The notes under the pieces were generated by a model. That model saw nothing but the letters and a program-made list of their open reading frames with translations, was not told the origin of the DNA and made no database searches. A stretch of 64,000 nucleotides of DNA from a virus: the IMG/VR virus record IMGVR_UViG_3300037247_001044, positions 6,831 through 70,830 of that record; one strand, given 5' to 3'. The position numbers were made by a program, and so were the translations under genes. Shown one piece after another: positions 49,129 to 59,145 of this stretch (its first letter is position 1; the number at the start of each line of letters is the position of its first letter).

Positions 49129-49761
49129 TTAGTCGAGAAATCCCACCAATTCCTGCGTACGGCTGGTCTGTTGAAGTTTGCGAATCGCCTTGGCTTCAAT
49201 CTGGCGAATCCGCTCTCGTCCGACCTTGAATATATCTGCGACTTCTTTCAGCGTGCATGACTGCCCATCACCGAGGCCAAATCGCATTTTGACAATCTCC
49301 CGCTCCCGGTATGATAGCGTTTTTACCACTGCCAGCAGTCTCTCTCTCAGTTCCCCTTGATTGGCCGCAAGCTCTGGTGACGGTAACGTCATCCGCTCTT
49401 CGTGCCGCTGCTGGTGGTGTTCTAATGCAAGATAGTCGACTGTGACTCGGGTAACCTTCTCTCGGGGAATATCTGCAAGTTTGTCCCGAACGAACCCTGG
49501 GAAAATTTCCTCAATTGGTTTTCCGGAAAGCTCGACGAGCTTCAAGTACGCGCGTTCTTGTTTCGCTGTGTGCCCTCGGTAACACTGCCGCGGCATGGTT
49601 CGTAGGTTGAGCCAACCGCCAACCGTCGAGTCGGTGACCCCTAACTCCGCTGCCAGAGCCTTGACGCTTCCAAACTGCTGGACAAGGTCCCAGAGAATGC
49701 CGTGCTTGGCTTTGGATTGCACCACAATCTCGAAGTCGTTAGGTACTGTCTTTTCTTCCAC
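49129..49761 (-). CDS. HTH + sigma70 region 4 protein
   Basis: SVKALAAELGVTDSTVGGW (HTH) and LSYREREIVKMRFGL...TLKEVADIFKVGRERIRQIEAKAIRKL (RpoD-like region 4). Confidence 0.85.
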   Translation of the reverse strand: MEEKTVPNDFEIVVQSKAKHGILWDLVQQFGSVKALAAELGVTDSTVGGWLNLRTMPRQCYRGHTAKQERAYLKLVELSGKPIEEIFPGFVRDKLADIPREKVTRVTVDYLALEHHQQRHEERMTLPSPELAANQGELRERLLAVVKTLSYREREIVKMRFGLGDGQSCTLKEVADIFKVGRERIRQIEAKAIRKLQQTSRTQELVGFLD

Positions 49762-49872
49762 TCCCTAGCCCCTCCCAATCACTTCGGCCAGCGGACCTTG
49801 ATGGCAACCCACGTCGACACCAGAACAGCATAGACGGCAATCGCCAAAGTCACCCAATTAATCCACGTCATA

Positions 49873-50094
49873 TTATCCCCTCCCAATCACTTCAACCTCG
49901 GACTCACAATGACAGCACCACGACGGGCCCGGCCTATCCTTGTCTATGTCTTCATGGGGGCATCGCGCGCGAAGAGCGTCAAGTTTTTTGTCTCGCTTGG
50001 CCTTGATTACTGCCTTTGCGTCTATGTAATCATCCATGATTCGCGAGTGCTCATGCTGGACTAACTCGGGGGTTAGTTTGTTTTGAATCGTCAC
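49873..50094 (-). CDS. small hypothetical protein
   Basis: Ends EVIGRG within a direct repeat. Confidence 0.5.
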   Translation of the reverse strand: MTIQNKLTPELVQHEHSRIMDDYIDAKAVIKAKRDKKLDALRARCPHEDIDKDRPGPSWCCHCESEVEVIGRG

Positions 50095-50097
50095 CTG

Positions 50098-50391
50098 TTA
50101 CCCCCTCCCAATCACGTCAGCCAAGTCGGAGAGTCTCCGTGGCTTAACGACACTTGTCCCTCCACGAGTCGTGCAATCTATATGGCAAAACTCAATCGGC
50201 GGGGGGTTTTCTTTTGCCTCAAGCTCGGCCAGTCGGCGTTTCTCCTTCCAGTACTCTACCAAGTAATTGTAATGCCTTTCGCACAAATGCCCGCCGTCGT
50301 GCCACTCGTGCGTTGCCTCATCGTCGCATAACCCAGGCTCGAACCTTTCTGGGGCAACGACAAACTCGCATTTTTGCTTAACTCCAAACAT
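50098..50391 (-). CDS. small hypothetical protein
   Basis: Ends DLADVIGRG within a direct repeat. Confidence 0.5.
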   Translation of the reverse strand: MFGVKQKCEFVVAPERFEPGLCDDEATHEWHDGGHLCERHYNYLVEYWKEKRRLAELEAKENPPPIEFCHIDCTTRGGTSVVKPRRLSDLADVIGRG

Positions 50392-50394
50392 TCC

Positions 50395-53300
50395 TTATTC
50401 CCTCCCAATCACTTCAGCGAGATCGAACGACGTGCCCGACGTCGGCGCCGTGAACGTCTCTGCCGCGGCCTTCGCGGTTCCCCGCCAAATCCTATACCGA
50501 GCTCCATGCGCAATCCCAACGAACTGGACAAGTCCAAGGGCAGAGGATGTCTCGGTCCATACCGTGGAATCGTAGGCGATGCCATCGGTGCCCGGCCCGT
50601 CAATAATCTGGACCCTTATTAAAACACCTTCCTCTAATGCCTGCTCTTCATCATAGACCCTCATCACGCCGGTCGTTGTAGTGGCGCTGGGCGGAAAAGT
50701 GATCGCCTGAAGAGACATAGAGTAGGTTTCCGTTTCGTTTCCATCGACCACCAGCGTCGTTGGGGTGAAGTTGTAGCGGGGCTTGGAAATGGCCAGGGTA
50801 TAGGTGGCGTCGTCAAGAGAGAAGGACACTTCCCCGCTGGCGTCAGTCGATCCTACGAAGGTGTCCCCGTCCCCACTCACACCCTCAGTGAATCGCACGG
50901 TCGCGTTTTCCAGCGGGTCGCTTCCGTCGTTCACCGTCACCGCCACAGTCCGAGCCCCGGTCCCTGTGCCCCCCACGATACCGTCGATCTGGTCGCTTAG
51001 GGTTTCGAGCGTGTCACCATCATCTCCTTGAGGGGCCACCGTGGCAAGGGTCGCTATCATTTCGTCTTGCTTGGCCTCCGTCGCGTCACCCCCAGCACCC
51101 GTTACCCACGCCGTGTTCCCGCGATCAACAGTAGCCTCTTCAGAATCTGTGGTCTCGTCAAACGTGCCACTTCCCGCCCCAGTGGCCCGCACCTCTGTTC
51201 GTGCGGTCGCGTTCCCCACCTGCTTGCCTGCAATCAGTCCAAGCCACTGGGCAAGCGACGTGATTCCGTTAAACAGGGCGGCCGGGATTCGGGTGATCAG
51301 ATTGCCGGTATCTGTCTTGACGGCAGCGATATCAGCCGAAACACTCGCACCGGCCGGCGCACCTACTCGAGCAAAGCTGTCGCCAGTCTGGAGCGTGTTG
51401 CCGGTGTAGGTGGTTAGCGTTCCAACCAGCGTTACGTTTGCCACCGCATCCGCCGTTGGGTCGAAATAGGCCGTTGCCAAGATCGTCCGGGCGTTGAACT
51501 CTGCCACTGTCGGAATGTCGGCGAGTTGCGTGTCAATATTCGCCGATGCCAAGCCGACGGCCGAACGAATACCCGTTCGGCTTATCGCCGCGTCCGGGTT
51601 CAGGCTCGTAGTTGTCCCGTTGTCAGTGATCGACAGGTTTCCTCGCGGAACAACCGTCAGGCTCGTACATGTTGCGTCTATGTCGAGTTGTCCGTCTGCC
51701 TCGAAGGACATAACAGTCGTAGCGACGGCATTAGTGATCTTCATACCACCCGAATAATGCCGGAAGTATACGTTGACATTGGCAACCGAGTTGATATTCA
51801 GAGTGGGAGTACCGGCACCCGCAACCGCTGAGAAGCAGGCATCGAAAGCACAATCATTACGCAACGTTAAACTACCACCATCAGCGATAAGACACCCTAG
51901 AGCCGTGATCTCCATCCCCGTGATAGATGAAAGACAACAGCCTTCGGCTTGACATCGACCTGTGCCGCCCTGGGCACCCGTAAGCAGCAGGTTGTAGAAG
52001 ACTGTCCTGTCCACGTCCTGCGTACCGAAATTAACTATATTCACCGACATTTCGCCGATGCCGACGAACTCGTAATCCTCCATCGTCGCGGCCAAGGTCG
52101 CGGATGAATTGTTTTTGAGATAAACTCGCTCCACGTTGAGGCTGTCAGTGAGAGTCTTCACCGCGACAATCGTGGAAACGGGATTGTCCCAAGTGCCATC
52201 GGTGCCAGGCACCGTATTTGTGTTTGCCGCCGCATCGTCATAATAGACGCCGGGGCCTCGCGGACCTGCGTAGGATGCACCAAAGGTTCCTACCAAAATT
52301 GCTGCAATATCTGAACCCTTCCATGCACCATCTGTATTGACAGTAGGACTTCCGGTCAAGTTATTGACAATACTCTTGTAAGACCCCCTTATCTCAACAC
52401 TAGCGTCTGCACCGTTCAGCGTCACTGTTCCAAGACGGCCATTTATGGTGACTACATCGCCGGCCTCTAATCCAGAAACTGTAATACTGTCCATCCAGTT
52501 GCGCCATTCAGCAGTAATTGCCTGTCCCGCAGTTTTTGTAAAAGTCGGGGCACCAGCTCCCGCAACGTTGCTATAGCAATTATGAAATTCATAATCGCCT
52601 GCAAGAGTCATCGTAACAGTGCCGCTAAATGCACAAAAATCAAAGTGACCTATCTGGACCGACATTGTGCCAACATCACAACCTTCATAATGGACTTCTG
52701 TCGCTGATGTCCCAACGCCTGTTACATGAGCACCCTGAAAATAAGCCCCATCCACATTTTGGTTCTCAAGCTGTAAGGTCCAGTTGTCGCCGAAATACGA
52801 TTCGTTAACCGTGCTTTCTGCCAGCGGGATCGTAGAGCCGTTAATGACATGGAAATCCATCACACCAACCGATGCCGATAAGGTCTTGCCGCTAGCGATA
52901 AGATTTGTAGGATTATCCGCAACCCCATTGACAAACGCTTCGGTCCCGGCCACACCATTGATGGTATCCACCCAAATCCGTCCATTGGCGTATCCAACTG
53001 ACTGCCCTATGTTTACCGCCACAACGACTAGCCTGTCCACTGCGAGGCTACTCGGTGACGTGATCAACGTAGCGAAACGAAGATGCACGTCGCCCAACTC
53101 CGACCCTGTTCCCGTATGCCTACGCAGCATCCCTCCGTCAAGCGCCGCAAACGCAGATCCTCCCGATCCGTTGAGCGTCTCAATCGTCTCCCAAACCGAC
53201 GCGCCAAAGTTGTATGCCTGTACGGCCAACTCGTCACCGTTGCCGTTCAAGTTCGCGCTGCCGGTTGACAATGTGCCCTGTCGTCCACCACCCACATTGT

Positions 53301-54132
53301 AGCTAAGAACGATGTCGATGACGTTGTCCACGTCGTTCATACTGAGCGACGTACCGTCTTCGTTCGCAGTCGAGAGGTATGACCCGGCAGTCACAGTGCC
53401 GGCGAACTCAATCCCCTTTACGGATGAATTGATCGTCTCCGTACCGGCAAACGTCTCAGCGAGGTAGGTCGCCGTGATGACGACTTCGTTTGCCGTCTCG
53501 CTCACGATGTCATACGAGCCATCGTAGTTCGTGGTGTCTGTGATCGTGATTTCGCGGCCCGCTGTGAATGTGTGTCCAGTAACGGGAATGCCGACTAGAC
53601 CACCGCCCTTGTCTACCGCCGCTGCTGCGTCAATGGTGTCTCTTGTGGTGTTGTCTCCGATCGCCTCGATATCAATGCCGCCGCCCGTACCCGCGCCCAG
53701 GCCGGCCGCTTGCGCCTGCGTAGCCGGCATTTGGCTGCTCTCCGTTGCATCGACGAGGATGTCGTTCAGTGCCGAGTTACGGAATCCAATCACCGGTCCG
53801 ATCCACGGCAAAATGCCGGTTGCGAAGCCCGAGAACCATCCGAAACCTTCCGCATCGTTGTTGATCGTTCCGCCACCCGACGCCGGTATCTCGATGTTGT
53901 ACATCCCATTGCCAACATTCACCCAGTCGTAGACTCCAGCGGTATCGGTTGGGGTAACAGCGATTTGAGTCTGAACTCCAGCCGTGGTGACGAAGTTCCA
54001 AACCAGATCAAGACCCGCCTGATCGAACGTGACCGACTCTTCGCGTGTCTTGAAATCCGTATCGTCGATCAACGCGAGTATGTTCACGGGAACCGTAACG
54101 GCCGCATCGACGTCTACCCAGATATTGCCCAT
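50395..54132 (-). CDS. large acidic virion protein (fibre/adhesin-like, C-terminal Ig/carboxypeptidase-regulatory-like domains)
   Basis: 1245 aa, T/G/A/D-rich, duplicated GT..NP..I beta-helix-like module, PLENATV..TDASG. Confidence 0.7.
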   Translation of the reverse strand: MGNIWVDVDAAVTVPVNILALIDDTDFKTREESVTFDQAGLDLVWNFVTTAGVQTQIAVTPTDTAGVYDWVNVGNGMYNIEIPASGGGTINNDAEGFGWFSGFATGILPWIGPVIGFRNSALNDILVDATESSQMPATQAQAAGLGAGTGGGIDIEAIGDNTTRDTIDAAAAVDKGGGLVGIPVTGHTFTAGREITITDTTNYDGSYDIVSETANEVVITATYLAETFAGTETINSSVKGIEFAGTVTAGSYLSTANEDGTSLSMNDVDNVIDIVLSYNVGGGRQGTLSTGSANLNGNGDELAVQAYNFGASVWETIETLNGSGGSAFAALDGGMLRRHTGTGSELGDVHLRFATLITSPSSLAVDRLVVVAVNIGQSVGYANGRIWVDTINGVAGTEAFVNGVADNPTNLIASGKTLSASVGVMDFHVINGSTIPLAESTVNESYFGDNWTLQLENQNVDGAYFQGAHVTGVGTSATEVHYEGCDVGTMSVQIGHFDFCAFSGTVTMTLAGDYEFHNCYSNVAGAGAPTFTKTAGQAITAEWRNWMDSITVSGLEAGDVVTINGRLGTVTLNGADASVEIRGSYKSIVNNLTGSPTVNTDGAWKGSDIAAILVGTFGASYAGPRGPGVYYDDAAANTNTVPGTDGTWDNPVSTIVAVKTLTDSLNVERVYLKNNSSATLAATMEDYEFVGIGEMSVNIVNFGTQDVDRTVFYNLLLTGAQGGTGRCQAEGCCLSSITGMEITALGCLIADGGSLTLRNDCAFDACFSAVAGAGTPTLNINSVANVNVYFRHYSGGMKITNAVATTVMSFEADGQLDIDATCTSLTVVPRGNLSITDNGTTTSLNPDAAISRTGIRSAVGLASANIDTQLADIPTVAEFNARTILATAYFDPTADAVANVTLVGTLTTYTGNTLQTGDSFARVGAPAGASVSADIAAVKTDTGNLITRIPAALFNGITSLAQWLGLIAGKQVGNATARTEVRATGAGSGTFDETTDSEEATVDRGNTAWVTGAGGDATEAKQDEMIATLATVAPQGDDGDTLETLSDQIDGIVGGTGTGARTVAVTVNDGSDPLENATVRFTEGVSGDGDTFVGSTDASGEVSFSLDDATYTLAISKPRYNFTPTTLVVDGNETETYSMSLQAITFPPSATTTTGVMRVYDEEQALEEGVLIRVQIIDGPGTDGIAYDSTVWTETSSALGLVQFVGIAHGARYRIWRGTAKAAAETFTAPTSGTSFDLAEVIGRE

Positions 54133-54276
54133 GCGATTACCCTGTGAGTGCGGTTTGTTGGGCGTATTGGTACCAAGGATTACCGGTTACAGGCACGCCC
54201 GCCGCCGGGAACATCACCAGCCTCAGCTTCAGCCGACGACCATAATCGCGCGGTCGCCGATAGACGTATCGTCGCA

Positions 54277-54720
54277 CTAGATTTCCTCCCAACAAATCCA
54301 ACCGGACATCTCAAACGCGTCCGCCGTATTGCACACCAGGGCAATTCCGGTGCTCACCTCAATTACCGGCCGCATTTCCGGCGTATAGATCATTCCCAAC
54401 GGTCCGAGTTGCTCCCACTGGAATCCCGCCAGAATGTCCCCCGGCGTTCCGGGTGTCGTATCGCCAGCCCGGGCAATACCGGTAATCGCCCCGTCGTCAG
54501 TATCCAACTTCACTTCCGTGAGCGCGGCCCCGACAGACCCGCCGGCAGAGAGCCGTAACAGCGTACACTCCAACAGCGCGGCAGCAATCGAATCACTGCT
54601 GATTTCCCACCCATGGAGAATGAGTTTGTTGGTGGCAGCCGCCATCAGCGACCAGAGGTCTTGGGTTGCGTCCGCACCAATCGTGATGCTATTGAGCGGA
54701 GCTATTACCATGCGTCCCAT
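54277..54720 (-). CDS. putative virion protein
   Basis: 147-aa beta-rich ORF ending WEEI, GGGAG SD. Confidence 0.55.
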   Translation of the reverse strand: MGRMVIAPLNSITIGADATQDLWSLMAAATNKLILHGWEISSDSIAAALLECTLLRLSAGGSVGAALTEVKLDTDDGAITGIARAGDTTPGTPGDILAGFQWEQLGPLGMIYTPEMRPVIEVSTGIALVCNTADAFEMSGWICWEEI

Positions 54721-54725
54721 ATGAG

Positions 54726-55799
54726 CTATCTCCCTATTAAGGCGCTTTGTCTGTCGTTGAATAGTGATCGGTCGCCGCGAAGTAGGCGACGAGAGTGATA
54801 CGGGAATGCCCCACCCGCCGCTACAAACTCATGAGCCCCCATGTCCCACGGATCATTGCTGGGGTCGGTGTCACGGTTCAATCCGTCAATATCGACTTCA
54901 ACGCCGCTTGGCGTCGTACCTAAATCGGTACCAGCGTCGATTGCATCGGCACCGGATTTGAGGTGGAGGTTGACGGGAGAGGTGGAGACGAATTGGTCGG
55001 CAGATGCTTTATTTATGAGAGACCCTGTACCCGAAGCTGTAGCATCAGAGGAGAGATTATGATCCATCGTCGAGTTAGACGGCGAGTCAACCTTAAAGTC
55101 TTCTGCCCCAGTCCCTGTCGTATCAACTACTAAATCATTCTGAACAATAACCGTAGCATCATCCGCATGGGAAATACCATGTACTTGCGAGTTGCCGTCT
55201 GAGTGAACGTCAAAAACTGTGTTGTTTAGAATTTTGACGTTGCCACCGGTTCGCTCAATAGCATTGATCTCAGCACTACCTGTAAAAGTGTTTGTGATGT
55301 CGTACAGTATGTTGTTGCTGATATTATTGTTGGACGAACTACTCCCAAACACTTCTGCTAAAGAACGAGGCCCACCCCTAAATACAGACATACCATGCAA
55401 CAACATATTCTGTATCGAAAATGTGACATCCCCATCAAAGATTCTAATTGGCTCGTCGCCATCGGTCCCACTCGCTGCCGAAAGGTGCAGTTCTAACCAC
55501 TCCAGGTTAATGGTTATCGCTGAGGTATAACCACCAACTTGAATGAACTTTGTTGAACTAATATTGCGTGCCCCAGACCCTGCCGTCCCATCGTGCCGCT
55601 CACCGGCGGCTACCGTCTGTACAATTGAATTGGCATCAAAGTCGATTGTCCACGATTCGTCGAACACCGAATCGTTGTACGCACTGCCCGTGCAATCATC
55701 GTTGCCGAGACCGTCCCCGCCGCCGTCATCCGCTTCCCACAGCGTATGGGTCAAGTAGTCTCGGGTATCGGTCCCGATTGTCTTGTTTATTATGGCCAA
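54726..55799 (-). CDS. parallel beta-helix (pectin lyase-like) virion protein
   Basis: NNILY/NNTVF repeats, LHLKSGADAIDAG...DIDG...WDMGAHEF. Confidence 0.7.
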   Translation of the reverse strand: MAIINKTIGTDTRDYLTHTLWEADDGGGDGLGNDDCTGSAYNDSVFDESWTIDFDANSIVQTVAAGERHDGTAGSGARNISSTKFIQVGGYTSAITINLEWLELHLSAASGTDGDEPIRIFDGDVTFSIQNMLLHGMSVFRGGPRSLAEVFGSSSSNNNISNNILYDITNTFTGSAEINAIERTGGNVKILNNTVFDVHSDGNSQVHGISHADDATVIVQNDLVVDTTGTGAEDFKVDSPSNSTMDHNLSSDATASGTGSLINKASADQFVSTSPVNLHLKSGADAIDAGTDLGTTPSGVEVDIDGLNRDTDPSNDPWDMGAHEFVAAGGAFPYHSRRLLRGDRSLFNDRQSALIGR

Positions 55800-55845
55800 T
55801 GTGCTACAATACCTGTTGGACTATCCCCATTCTGGAGAACAAAAC

Positions 55846-56400
55846 ATGAAGATTGTGAGAAAGGGGCCGAACAGCACGGCTTTCTCGGATATCGTTTGCC
55901 CATCTTGCCATGAGACGTTCCGTGTTTTCGGCAGTCGGAAACATCGATCGCAAACAAAATACTGCTGTCGTGAATGCTGGCGTATCGGGCGTATCGGAGC
56001 AGGCAACCCCCGCTGGCGAAACGGAACGACTCGCCCTGACGGCCGTCGAATGATTCGAGTCGATGGCAAGAATGTATTTGAACATCGTTTTATCATGGAG
56101 CAGGCGATTGGCCGTCCACTGAAACCGTCTGAGGTAGTGCATCACAAGGATGGTGATCCGTCGAACAACATGTTCTCCAACCTTGTTTTGTGTTCGACGC
56201 AGGCTGGACACATGAATAACCATGCAACGACCTACCGAAGCGACACACATAAGCAATGCACCGTATGCCATAAAATCAAAACCCGATCGGAATTTTCGCT
56301 TCAACGCAAACGCCCCTCTCCAGCACTCGACCCACATGACACGCAATGCAAAACCTGTCGGGTTAAAGCACAACGCAAACGACGATCCGAGAGCAAGTGA
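55846..56400 (+). CDS. HNH homing endonuclease
   Basis: EHRFIMEQAIGRPLKPSEVVHHKDGDPSNN..NL..H with flanking Zn fingers; GGAG SD; antisense to neighbours. Confidence 0.88.
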   Translation: MKIVRKGPNSTAFSDIVCPSCHETFRVFGSRKHRSQTKYCCRECWRIGRIGAGNPRWRNGTTRPDGRRMIRVDGKNVFEHRFIMEQAIGRPLKPSEVVHHKDGDPSNNMFSNLVLCSTQAGHMNNHATTYRSDTHKQCTVCHKIKTRSEFSLQRKRPSPALDPHDTQCKTCRVKAQRKRRSESK

Positions 56401-56408
56401 TCCTGCCA

Positions 56409-57386
56409 CTACACTAGGCTCTTGGTTTTCTGAATATCGGCCCGGACAAACGTCTCTTCCGCTCGGATATCCACTCGCGTGGTACGATCTTCCACATCGG
56501 CGATGGTCGCTGAGTTCGACAGACTTGCCGCGATATCCGCCTGCCAGTCGACGTGGTGTTTTCGTTTCTTGATAATTCCTTCGGGATTCTCTGCCGTGAT
56601 GGCGGCCGGGTCCGTCAGAGGGGCAACCAGCTCTTCAGCTTCCGCATCATCGAACTCGTCTACCGTGATCCGAAGAAAATGCCTCGCCTCGCCGCCGCCC
56701 AAGATTGCCGTAACTGAACTGCCCTCAACCGCCGTGCTGTACTTCCTGTTGCCGTCGAAATACTTGATTTCAAACGGCTCGGGTACGCCTAACCCTCTGA
56801 GCCGCTTGGCCTGTCCGGGCAACAAGGCCAGCGTGATCACGGCCGGAGCTGATTCTTCACCCAACGGCATCGAATCGTGATCTACACGCCTCAAAGGTGT
56901 CGCCGCCTCGATGTCATCCCAGATCAACTCAGTCGTCGCCGCGTCTCGTTTCATGCGGTCGCCGTATTCGATTTCCGCCCCAGCAGAGCCAAACAGAGGT
57001 AGCTTCCTGCTCTTGTTGCGAAATGCAAAGTGCTCTTCGACGCGGCAGTAGAACATGTGCCCCGGTCGGTCGGGATCTTCCACGGGCGTTGACCCATAGA
57101 CGATCTCGCCGCCAACCCAGAGGTTCGTCCGCTTGATTGCCGTCCGGCCAACACGTTCCCATTTGTACCGATGCTGCCGTTGGAGATACTTCTCCAGCAA
57201 GGGATACGTGGTGCCGAGTTGCCCGCCAACCTTCTTTCCGCCAACTCGCGGATGGCAAATCATGTCGGCGTGACAGAGCCGAATGTAGCGGCGATTGAAT
57301 GCGCAGAGAATGTCCCCGCCCTGATAACGATCAAGGGTTTGGCTGTCGCCGATTTTCAACGCCCACTCAGCCATTCGCCTCTTCAC
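56409..57386 (-). CDS. hypothetical protein
   Basis: 325-aa ORF in late operon. Confidence 0.6.
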   Translation of the reverse strand: MKRRMAEWALKIGDSQTLDRYQGGDILCAFNRRYIRLCHADMICHPRVGGKKVGGQLGTTYPLLEKYLQRQHRYKWERVGRTAIKRTNLWVGGEIVYGSTPVEDPDRPGHMFYCRVEEHFAFRNKSRKLPLFGSAGAEIEYGDRMKRDAATTELIWDDIEAATPLRRVDHDSMPLGEESAPAVITLALLPGQAKRLRGLGVPEPFEIKYFDGNRKYSTAVEGSSVTAILGGGEARHFLRITVDEFDDAEAEELVAPLTDPAAITAENPEGIIKKRKHHVDWQADIAASLSNSATIADVEDRTTRVDIRAEETFVRADIQKTKSLV

Positions 57387-57434
57387 CTGTAAAAAACCCC
57401 GGCCCGGCTCGCGGCCGACCCGGCGAAACCAAAG

Positions 57435-57713
57435 TCACTTTCCGTTCACAACCTTATCGAAGACCCGCTTTTGCATCTCTTCGAGGCGGCCGAGCGTCTC
57501 ACGCAGATGCTGCTCGTCCCGCTCTTGCCCCTTCTCGTGCACCTGAAGTCGAGTGTCGACTTCACCGGCTTGCTTCTCGGCTGTGTAGCCCTTGGTGACT
57601 GCCCAACCGACGATGAAAAGTATCAGCGTTACGCCAGCGAGGTACGTAGTTACCAGGAAGCGATGCCGCCGCGAACAGCTCTCCCGCTTGACGTAGGCCG
57701 GTGATTCAGTCAT
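57435..57713 (-). CDS. single-TM coiled-coil protein (holin-like candidate)
   Basis: One TM segment followed by coiled coil; GGAGG SD. Confidence 0.4.
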   Translation of the reverse strand: MTESPAYVKRESCSRRHRFLVTTYLAGVTLILFIVGWAVTKGYTAEKQAGEVDTRLQVHEKGQERDEQHLRETLGRLEEMQKRVFDKVVNGK

Positions 57714-58084
57714 CAGTCTGTGTCCTCCCGGCCCTGTTGACAGGAAGGGGGCCACGGAAGGATATTTTCGATTTCTCTGACCGCTGACATCCGTCGCAAT
57801 TCTTCTTTATCTTCTCGCGGGCCTCGGCTGAGGGGAAGCCTAATCCATCAAGGGCATCTATGCGCTCATGAATCCGCGTGGCTTGGTCATCGGTCATCCG
57901 TCCTTGTCCTCCGTCCATTTCTTGAACAGTCTCTTCAGCAGGTCGTTCTCGTTTTCCAACTCGTGTAACCGCTCGCAAGTGCGGTCATGCCGGCTGTTGA
58001 TGACGCCCTTGATATTGTCGGCGGCGAAAACGAGCGCAAGAGACAAGGCCCCCAACCACACGAGCGAAATCCAGTCCCAGGCGT

Positions 58085-58294
58085 TCATCGTCGCCCGCCA
58101 ACAAGACGCAACGCCCGCCGAACGGGACGCCTATTTCCCAGCATGCGGCGAACGGGCCGCACCTTCGCAACCCGCTTCAGTACGCTACGAACCGGCTGCG
58201 CGTCGACGATGCCCACGGCCACCCGAACTGGGGCACCGACAATCGGGCGTTCGACCGGACCGACCAAAACGAAAGCAAGCACTAACTCGATCAT
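58085..58294 (-). CDS. small Arg-rich secreted/membrane peptide
   Basis: Hydrophobic N-terminus then RPVRR repeats. Confidence 0.45.
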   Translation of the reverse strand: MIELVLAFVLVGPVERPIVGAPVRVAVGIVDAQPVRSVLKRVAKVRPVRRMLGNRRPVRRALRLVGGRR

Positions 58295-58325
58295 TGGATC
58301 TCTCTCTTTCTGGTAATAACCAATA

Positions 58326-58569
58326 GTGTCGCTGGTGACGGGATTCGATTCCCGCAATGCCATTTTCCCGATATTTCATTGTTGCGATTATCTTGGGAAG
58401 CTCTCACCTCACGCAACAAACGCTTTAGGGGTCGCTTGAGATGTGTCTGTGTTCAAACATCTCGTTGCCCTCGGACGGTCTCTAACCTTGCTGAACTGCC
58501 ACAAAGCTCAGGCATCCTTCACCACTGCTAATCGTTAATAGGCTTTCTATTCAGCCACACCAACAACAC
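58326..58569 (-). ncRNA. candidate structured RNA with tRNA-like ends and about 170-nt structured insert
   Basis: Closing stem GUGUUGUUGGUG/CACCAGCGACAC, D-arm-like UGGCUGAAUAGAAAGC, T-arm-like GCGGG-AAUCGAAU-CCCGU, several internal helices. Confidence 0.55.
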
Positions 58570-58623
58570 ACGCTATCAGGACATTGACCTCTTTCTGACG
58601 GGAACATCCCGCCGCTATTTGCC

Positions 58624-59145
58624 TCACGTGCTGCCCGTGCATTCAACACAGACGAGCGGGGTTCGATACAAGTACAACGTATGGCCCAATACCTTCACCT
58701 GCCGCGACGGCTTGACGCCGGGTATCGGCTTCTCAAAACAGACGATCCGCGTCCCGGGCGCCAACTGCTTATCGAGCCGACTCTTCAGCTTCTTCAGCAA
58801 ATCGGGCATCAGGTAAAGCGTGACGACGGTGGCTCTGCTGAAGTCGGCCGTCAGCACGTCGCCCTCATAGACCCTCGCCAAATCCCAGAGATTGTTGGCG
58901 TTGACGTTGCGGCTAGCCTTCGCCACACAGTCTGGGTCGATGTCAATTCCCACGCTTCGACAGCCGTAGCGTTGCGAAGCTGCTATGAGCACGCGGCCAT
59001 CTCCGCAACCGAGGTCGTACACGATATCGCTCTCGGTAACCTCGGCCAGCTCTAGCATCACCTCGACCGCCTTGACTGGCGTTGGCGCGTAGAGCGAGAC
59101 GTCGGCGGTTAGGACTTCACAGGCGAGTAGGACGGCCATCATCAT
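58624..59145 (-). CDS. class I SAM-dependent methyltransferase
   Basis: YAPTP..VYDLGCGDGR..GIDID..ATVVTLYL. Confidence 0.85.
   Translation of the reverse strand: MMMAVLLACEVLTADVSLYAPTPVKAVEVMLELAEVTESDIVYDLGCGDGRVLIAASQRYGCRSVGIDIDPDCVAKASRNVNANNLWDLARVYEGDVLTADFSRATVVTLYLMPDLLKKLKSRLDKQLAPGTRIVCFEKPIPGVKPSRQVKVLGHTLYLYRTPLVCVECTGST

Noticed and set aside
55804-56409. Minus-strand 201-aa ORF or intron joining to the beta-helix gene
   Set aside because: Antisense of the HNH gene, out of frame with the downstream gene, and no room for intron core structure
58326-58569. Canonical tRNA or tmRNA
   Set aside because: No 7-nt anticodon loop, non-canonical 8-nt T-loop, no CCA and no tmRNA GGGG-start or evident tag
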